From Macrostomum lignano (taxonomy: Eukaryota), in the NCBI GenBank assembly GCA_002269645.1, contig NIVC01001747.1, positions 264,386-328,385 on the forward strand: 64,000 nt of DNA. Direction: 5' to 3'. Both the position numbers and the translations under genes were made by a program. Position 1 is the first letter of the stretch, and the number at the start of each line of letters is the position of its first letter. This document shows positions 54,526-64,000 of the stretch, piece after piece. The notes under the pieces are model-generated. The model had not been told where the DNA came from, did no database searches, and saw nothing but the letters and a program-made list of their open reading frames with translations.

Positions 54526-56080
54526 TGTATTCCCGCATCGGGTAGAATACTCAATGGAGCATAGCTTTGAGTACTTTAAGACTGACTGTCACCTTTCAAT
54601 TGAACCCAGCCAGCGCAGCTTCGGCTTTTATAACGGACTGATTTTGAATGCCATATTTGACTGACACGGGTAAACAATGGCTCTGAGGAATGCAGGAGAT
54701 TGGCATGCTCCATGTCACAATGGACCTAAGCAGAAAGCAATATTTAAGAGAAAGAGAAATTTTCGTTAAGAGAAATATCGTCTCGAATAACTGGAGGATA
54801 AATTCACAGAACAAATTTCTATATAGAATAGGAAAAGCTGCTCAAAGCACAGGAGAGTACATGAGGATTAAAAAATTTTCCGCTTTAGTTAAGGTTAGAC
54901 AGAGAAAGAGACAAAGTGAGTCTCCGGGTCTGGGATGATGCTACAAGAGCACGAATGACTGCTCTCAAAAACTGATGCCGCATCCAGAATGGTTTTGGAT
55001 TACTGTGCCTCCCTGTCCTAATGATGGCCGCGGATTTCACTTGTCTGTAGCTTTGAGTATGCGATGGGCCATGTAGGGTGGGGGGAGCTACCACCCCCTC
55101 CCCCTATGCAGGTGCATGACTTGAGACCCTTCGAACTATGCTCGAAAGGTCTCAGTTGTCATCGCCATCTCTTCGCTCTCCTCCCCTCTACCCTCCTTCT
55201 GTCTTCCTTCCCCCCACACCGTCTTCTCCCCTCAGTCCCTCTTCCCATTTCCCTTCCTTTAGTAGTAGAACGTCTTCACGAGACCGCAAAGCTGCAGGCC
55301 TTTCAATCCTCCCCACCTCTCTGGGGGCATGGGGGATGACACAGGCAGAGATGGCAATTGACTCCCCAGTTGCAGTACAGCTCTACACCTGCCCGTAGCT
55401 ACGACGTATTAACCATTAAGAGCCCTGGGAAGTTCAAGCTGTTGTATCCTTTGCCTTTAGTTAACAGGTAAATTACAGGCGCTACGAAGTCAGTTGCGGG
55501 TATAGTGACCAGTCTGAAATTAGCAATTTTCATGCTCGCTTAGTAGAGCTTCTAAAAATATATCGCAGCTTCCTTCCCCATCAGCAGCTGTGCAGTAAAA
55601 TCATTTGGTTAGAACTGGCTGACTAATTGATTGATTGATTGATTGCTTGATTGATCGCTCCGCCGCGGGGTCCGAGATGTCCATATACATAACAGAAACT
55701 GCTAAATAGTCTAAACTTTCCTGTAAATTAGAACTTTGAAGGTCAGAAATGCTGTGCTTGATTGCAGACAGGTCAATTCACTTTTGATCCGATGAACAAA
55801 AATTGGCCCAGGTGGGGGTTGTCTTTGAGGCTGACACCCATGAGGACCAGCTCCCAAGGCACAGAAAGTGTAACCTGCCTGACGATTAGAATGTCAGGGC
55901 CGCTGTCAGGCGAGTGCCAGTCAGAGCTGGATGTTGGAAAATGTCTGTGTCCACAGATCAGCCCTCCTGCAAATGTGTATCTTTTCTAATCCGCATGGTC
56001 TCAAATTAGTATAGAGCCTACTCAGGAAAGATTAGACCCAGCTTTACTTTTCTGTAAGAAAATAACTTCGGCTGGTACTC

Positions 56081-56095
56081 GTTGCCCATAGCAAC
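56081..56095. promoter_or_regulatory. RFX X-box-like palindrome GTTGCCCATAGCAAC
   Basis: Fits GTNRCC(N0-3)RGYAAC; binding not demonstrated. Confidence 0.4.
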
Positions 56096-56160
56096 GGATC
56101 AAGATGCGAGAAAAATCAGTTTGAATTAAAAGAACGCAACATTGGCAGAGTAGAGTCCTC

Positions 56161-56250
<90 letters not shown>

Positions 56251-56499
56251 ATTCCTCTTCTTCGCTCTTCCACTCTCTCAGTTTGCCCAATCTTTGCAGA
56301 ACCGCGGAGCTGGCGAATTCCGCGGGTATGATTGGTTTTCTAGGAAAATTGGTATATAGGATTCAGCTACAAATTTCTGTGCTCGGTAAATTTGCTTTGC
56401 AATCAATTTTATACTTTTGCAGATTGTAATGTCCCGTTTGAGAGGATTAGCAGTTTCTAACTTTATAATATTGGTTTTGAGCAGCTCCGGGCAGCAGCC

Positions 56500-56808
56500 A
56501 ATAGGCATAGCAACTAACTGGGCCATAGAAACCAACACGCGTAGCAACAAACTCCCATAGCAACTGGTATAGCAACCAGTTGACATAGCAATCAAATCAC
56601 ATAGCAACCAACTGGCATGGCAACCGAATAGCATAGCAACCAAATCACATCGCAACCAAATCGCATAGCAACCAAATCGCATCGCAACCAAATCGCATAG
56701 CAACCAAATCGCATAGCAACTAAATCGCATCGCAACCAATTAGTATAGCAACCAACTAGCATAGCAACCAACTAGCGTAGCGACCAACTTGCATAGCAAC
56801 CAACTCGC
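56500..56808 (+). repeat. ~15-bp degenerate minisatellite CATAGCAACCAAATCG
   Basis: Direct reading. Confidence 0.85.
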
Positions 56809-57377
56809 AGTACGGTCACTTTCACTTCTTTCTCTCAACGTCCCTTCGCAGCCACTTCTGCAGTCCATTCACGCGCTAGTTGCTACCCGAAAGACTGCCA
56901 CTGCCGGGCAAAAAGTGCTTAATTCCGAAACTTGAAAATCACTTCTCCCACCTCCCCTATAGCTATTCGAGTTCGATTCGGCCTTCTCTACTCAACTATG
57001 AGGAAGCGAATCAGGATCTGGTGTATGCAGTATTTGAGCTGATATCCTTCTTGATCTCCATCCCCAGGTCAGAGTGGCGCGAAGCGAAGTGGACGGAGGG
57101 GGGCGCAGCTGAAGAAGGGGCTCAAGGCTCAGCTGGGGGGATTTTATAAGGACTCTCACGAACCCATTTCTATCCCCCCTCTCTCACTCTGGGTGGCGCG
57201 AACTTTGTTGCTATAGGGTAAGTTTTGCCCCATCTCCCAACTAGCCTTCGTCTGAGCAGCCTGAGCGCTCCATTGAATCCAGAATTAATTGACTTTTTTT
57301 TTCAAAACTCAACTCATATGGTGCGGCTGACTGGGCCGCCCATAGGTCCGGCCTTTTATTTACGGCTATTTCAGTCT

Positions 57378-58257
57378 TGTATCCAGCCTGTATCTAGCCT
57401 GTATCTAGTCTGTAACTAGCCTGTAACTAGCCTGTATCTAGCCTGTATCCAGCCTGTAACTAGCCTGTATCTAGCCTGTATCTAGCCTGTATCTAGCCTG
57501 TATCTAGTCTGTATCTAGCCTGTATCTAGCCTGTATCTAGCCTGTATCTAGCCTGTATCTAGCCTGTATCTAGCCTGTATCTAGCCTGTATCTAGCCTGT
57601 ATCTAGCCTGTATCTAGTCTGTAACTAGCCTGTAACTAGCCTGTATCTAGCCTGTATCCAGCCTGTAACTAGCCTGTAACTAGCCTGTATCTAGCCTGTA
57701 TCTAGCCTGTATCTAGCCTGTATCTAGCCTGTATCTAGCCTGTATCTAGCCTGTATCTAGCCTGTATCTAGCCTGTATCTAGCCTGTATCTAGCCTGTAT
57801 CTAGCCTGTATCTAGCCTGTATCTAGCCTGTATCTAGCCTGTATCTAGCCTGTATCTAGCCTGTATCTAGCCTGTATCTAGCCTGTATCTAGCCTGTATC
57901 TAGCCTGTATCCAGCCTGTGTCTAGCCTGTAACTAGCCTGTATCTAGTCTGTATCCAGCCTGTAACTAGTCTGTATCTAGCCTGTATCTAGCCTGTATCT
58001 AGCCTGTATCTAGCCTGTATCTAGCCTGTATCTAGCCTGTATCTAGCCTGTATCTAGCCTGTAACTAGCCTGTATCTAGCCTGTATCTAGCCTGTATCCA
58101 GCCTGTGTCTAGCCTGTAACTAGCCTGTATCTAGTCTGTATCCAGCCTGTAACTAGTCTGTATCTAGCCTGTATCTAGCCTGTATCTAGCCTGTATCTAG
58201 TCTGTATCCAGCCTGTAACTAGTCTGTATCCAGCCTGTAACTAGCCTGTGTCTAGTA
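57378..58257 (+). repeat. 11-bp minisatellite TCTAGCCTGTA
   Basis: Direct reading. Confidence 0.98.
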
Positions 58258-58648
58258 TGTATGAGGCTACATCGTATTAAGGATTTTCCTCCCTTTTTTT
58301 ATCTAATAATCGTGAAAAGGACTTATGACGCATCCGATAATTAATTAAGGCAAATTTCGTTTTGACCGCTGCCTATAGAAGATGTGAAAAATGATTTTTA
58401 AGACAATTTTTTTATCGCTAGCAATTAATCTCAGTATCCATCATCAGACATCTATTGAAGTGTTAAAGCTGCTCTATTCCGAAAAGCAATTAACCTCCCT
58501 GAGGGAGTGACAGAGACTACAGCCTGGGCAGAAAATTCAATTTCCTGAGCTGGCCACAAATGCAATACACGGGTTTTAATAGAATAGGCACATACTCTGG
58601 TCGTTTATCAATTTCGACATCAATTCAAAATTGGCCCTCTGAAACCGA

Positions 58649-59503
<855 letters not shown>

Positions 59504-60104
59504 AGATTTGCAGACAATTTAGTGCAGCGAGTCCGGCAACAGCTTGTGTTTAATGTTTTCCTGTCACAAAATCATTCTTATTGACGGTCAGCAATAATTA
59601 TCGCATTAACGCCTCTGTATTTCCTTCCCAATCAATAATTAAAAATCTTTTTGCGTCGGAAATTCAGTTGACTTTACAGCTGATGCTGAGCTGAAACAAT
59701 TGCCCAGGTCAATAAATGGCAAACATTTCCTGTTAGCAAAGCTGTATTAGATTACTAATTATACATTATGCATACACATTTTTACGACATGTTTTCCCGT
59801 TAAACTGTCACTGCACATCCAGCTGCGCGAAACACGCCCTGAAAGGAATTCTGGGATCTACACAGAATGCTGATGGCTAAAACTGTGAATAATTTATCCC
59901 AAACTGCTTCTGTGGGATTTTGGCTGCTTAAGCTTTGGGTGATGAGAGACACAAAAAGGGATTCAAGATCCAGAGGATCGGACAGACATGGGAATCCCTG
60001 CGTCTGAGGCAGTTTTTTCCCTTCATCTATAATTCTCTATCTGCTTCTGTGGCGTCCGTTCTCTGGGGTTCTTCCCCTATCTTCTGCAGTTGCGATTCTC
60101 AACA

Positions 60105-62236
60105 AACAAATGCAGCTAGATCCACAAACAAATGCAGCTAGATCCACAAACAAATACAGCTAGATCCACAAACAAATACAGCTAGATTCACAAACAAATA
60201 CAGCTAGATCCACAAACAAATACAGTTAGATCCACAAACAAATACAGCTAGATCCACAAACAAATACAGCTATATCCACAAACAAATACAGCTATATCCA
60301 CAAACAAATACAGCTAGATCCACAAACAAATACAGCTAGATCCACAAACAAATACAGCTAGATCCACAAACAAATACAGCTATATCCACAAACAAATACA
60401 GCTACATCCACAAACAAATACAGCTAGATCCACTAACAATTACCAGCTAGATCCACTAACAATTACCAGCTAGATCCACTAACAATTACCAGCTAGATCC
60501 ACTAACAACTACCAGCTAGATCCACTAACAAATACAGCTAGATCCACAAACAAATACAGCTAGATCCACTAACAATTACCAGCTAGATCCACAAACAAAT
60601 ACAGCTAGATCCACAAACAAATGCAGCTAGATCCACAAACAAATACAGCTAGATCCACAAACAAATACAGCTAGATCCACAAACAAATACAGCTACATCC
60701 ACAAACAAATACAGCTAGATCCACTAACAATTACCAGCTAGATCCACTAACAATTACCAGCTAGATCCACAAACAAATACAGCTAGATCCACAAACAAAT
60801 ACAGCTAGATCCACAAACAAATACAGCTAGATCCACAAACAAATACAGCTAGATCCACAAACAAATACAGCTAGATCCACAAACAAATACAGCTATATCC
60901 ACAAACAAATACAGCTAGATCCACAAACAAATACAGCTAGATCCACAAACAAATAGAGCTATATCCACAAACAAATACAGCTAGATCCACTAACAATTAC
61001 CAGCTAGATCCACTAACAATTACCAGCTACATCCACAAACAAATGCAGCTAGATCCACTAACAATTACCAGCTAGATCCACTAACAATTACCAGCTAGAT
61101 CCACAAACAAATAGAGCTATATCCACAAACAAATACAGCTAGATCCACAAACAAATACAGCTAGATCCACAAACAAATACAGCTAGATCCACAAACAAAT
61201 ACAGCTAGATCCACAAACAAATAGAGCTAGATCCACAAACAAATACGGCTAGATCCACAAACAATTACCAGCTAGATCCACAAACAAATACAGCTAGATC
61301 CACAAACAAATACAGCTAGATCCACAAACAAATACAGTTAGATCCACAAACAAATACAGCTAGATCCACAAACAAATACAGCTAGATCCACAAACAAATA
61401 CAGCTAGATCCACAAACAAATAGAGCTATATCCACAAACAAATACAGCTACATCCACAAACAAATACAGCTAGATCCACAAACAAATACAGCTAGATCCA
61501 CAAACAAATACAGCTAGATCCACAAACAAATAGAGCTATATCCACAAACAAATACAGCTACATCCACAAACAAATACAGCTAGATCCACAAACAAATACG
61601 GCTAGATCCACAAACAATTACCAGCTAGATCCACAAACAAATAGAGCTACATCCACAAACAAATACAGCTAGATCCACAAACAAATACAGCTAGATCCAC
61701 AAACAAATACAGCTAGATCCACAAACAAATACAGCTAGATCCACAAACAAATAGAGCTATATCCACAAACAAATACAGCTACATCCACAAACAAATACAG
61801 CTAGATCCACTAACAATTACCAGCTAGATCCACAAACAATTACCAGCTAGATCCACAAACAAATACAGCTAGATCCACAAACAAATACAGCTAGATCCAC
61901 AAACAAATACAGCTAGATCCACAAACAATTACCAGCTAGATCCACAAACAATTACCAGCTAGATCCACAAACAAATACAGCTAGATCCACAAACAAATAG
62001 AGCTAGATCCACAAACAAATACAGCTATATCCACAAACAAATAGAGCTAGATCCACAAACAAATACAGCTAGATCCACAAACAAATAGAGCTAGATCCAC
62101 AAACAAATACAGCTAGATCCACAAACAAATAGAGCTAGATCCACAAACAAATACAGCTAGATCCACAAACAAATAGAGCTAGATCCACAAACAAATACAG
62201 CTAGATCCACAAACAAATAGAGCTAGATCCACAAAC
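60105..62236 (+). repeat. 22-bp minisatellite CAGCTAGATCCACAAACAAATA
   Basis: About 95 units, with a CACTAACAATTAC variant. Confidence 0.98.
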
Positions 62237-62899
62237 AGAACCCAGGCTAGGAGAGAGAGACGAGAAAAGAGGAGATGAGAGATGATAGGAGAGGGGAGAA
62301 GAGACATAAACGAGTCTGAGTTGTCCGAGCTGAAATTTAAAGAGTCGGTTCTTTATAAGAAAATTATTACATACACAGCTTCAGCTTCAGCCTCATTCTC
62401 AGACTCAACGGTTTCATAGCTTGAGCCTCAATAGCCAATTCAAACTATACATCCTGAAGGGGGGGGGGGTTGGCTGTAGTTTGTTCCCGACAAACGGAAC
62501 TCTCTTCCCCCACACACGCACCTGCCCCCATTTAAGCTAAGCAGCTGTTGCAGCGGCCAAGGTAACACTCGCTGTATAGCCGTAGAAGGCCTCTCTAGAA
62601 GTGTTTTTTCCACTCCGGCTCCATCCTCCACACTGAAAAGCGTACGCATAAGCTCTGGGTGAGAGGCAGTGCAGCAGGTTGGCCCGCTAAAAATTCTATA
62701 ATTTTTTTGTCTCGTCTGATGAATAGGCAAAACTGCAATTGCCGAGCCATTTTCATTATTGCCTCTCCCAGAGAACCGATGGGGAACAATGGGATTCTTT
62801 TTATCGGCTTCACTCCCGATGCGATGCAGTTGGAATTACTATGAAGTAAGAGCTTTTTATAGCTTTAGAGAGGCTATCAGTTCCTCAAGTATCCTGATC

Positions 62900-63470
62900 A
62901 TTTACCTGTCTGTTAATCCATCTGAATCTTCATCTGTCTGTTAATCCACTTAGTTCCTGACCTTCATCTGCCTGTTAATTCACCTGGTTCTTGACCTTCA
63001 CCTGTCTGTTAATTCACCTGGTTCTTGACCTTCATCTGCCTGTTAATTCACCTGGTTCTTGACCTTCATCTGTCTATTAATGCTTCCACCTGGTTCTTGT
63101 CCTTCATCTGTCTGTTGATCCACCTGGTTCTTGTCCTTCATCTGTCTGTTGATCCACCTGGTTCTTGACCTTCATCTGTCTATTAATGCTTCCACCTGGT
63201 TCTTGACCTTCATCTGTCTGTTGATCCACCTGGTTCTTGACCTTCATCTGTCTGTTGATCCACCTGGTTCTTGACCTTCATCTGTCTGTTGATCCACCTG
63301 GTTCTTGACCTTCATCTGTCTGTTGATCCACCTGGTTCTTGACCTTCATCTGTCTGTTGATCCACCTGGTTCTTGACCTTCACCTGTCTATTAATGCTTC
63401 CACCTGGTTCTTGTCCTTCATATGTCTGTTGATCTACCTGGTTCTTCACCACCTGTCTGTTAATCCACCT
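62900..63470 (+). repeat. ~34-bp pyrimidine-rich minisatellite TCCACCTGGTTCTTGACCTTCATCTGTCTGTTGA
   Basis: Runs to within about 20 nt of the Kv3 exon-2 acceptor. Confidence 0.92.
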
Positions 63471-63490
63471 GCCTTCAACGCTGTCCGCAG

Positions 63491-64000
63491 GTGGAGCCGT
63501 GCTGCTGGATGACGTACACCCCACCGTGAGACCCAGGAGACGCTCACTATTCTGGACAGACTCGACCTGGACACGACAAGCTCGCGGAAGAAGATCTCTA
63601 CAAAAAGTTCGGCTTAGAAGAGAAATTCATTAACAACGAGTTGAACATCTGGCAGAGGTTGAAACCGAAGCTCTGGCCCTGTTCGACGAGCCCTACTCCT
63701 CGGCCGCGGCAAAAATTGTCGCTGTAGTCTCAGTGTTCTTCATCGTGATCAGCATCCTGTCCTTCTGTTTGAAGACTTTTCCCGGCTTGCGAGTGCCGAT
63801 CATCTCGAATGAGACGGTGGTGCTGGACCTGCTGGGCAATCAGTCCTTCGCCTTCTACAAGCACCGCAGCGAGCCCCATCAGGCGTTCTTCTTCGTCGAG
63901 TGCGTCTGCAACTCGTGGTTCACCTTCGAGATCGTCACAGATTTGCCGTGACTCCAAGTAAGCTGGAGTTCCTAAAATCGCCAGTGAACATCATCGATTT
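63491..64000 (+). CDS. Shaw: Shaw/Kv3 exon 2 (end of T1, S1, S1-S2 loop, S2), with four apparent frameshifts; runs off the window
   Basis: CCGCAG|[10 protein letters not shown]...LDRLDLD...LFDEPYSS...[16 protein letters not shown]...[15 protein letters not shown]...RF...[13 protein letters not shown] when frames are switched near 63521, 63575, 63676 and 63938. Confidence 0.9.

Noticed and set aside
56880-57149. Protein-like ORF in the Kv3 intron
   Set aside because: No recognisable homology or clear acceptor; not supportable.

Overview
This is animal (eukaryotic) genomic DNA, not prokaryotic: spliced genes whose introns are packed with micro- and minisatellites. Exon composition, polyQ tails and repeat load suggest a flatworm such as Macrostomum (inference only). 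Left to right: (1) the 3' part of an unidentified spliced gene (+, <1-3144), with a CORE-type tRNA-SINE in one intron and a 21-bp GT...AG minisatellite that appears to have grown out of its own coding exon; (2) an intronless four-TM membrane-protein ORF (-); (3) an internally deleted Ty3/Gypsy (Mag-like) remnant, an ORF-less element flanked by 19-bp direct repeats, and a Harbinger-type MITE; (4) an ANKRD6/Diversin/diego-like ankyrin gene (-, 12502-26872), whose first two coding exons plus about 7 kb upstream are duplicated in tandem between (GATA)n tracts; (5) a Shaw/Kv3 potassium channel gene (+, 52783->64000) with a 10.4-kb GC-AG intron and several single-base frameshifts that look like long-read consensus errors. 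Most long ORFs in the supplied track are artefacts of tandem repeats. The most interesting signal is the minisatellite-born intron at 1009-2384.
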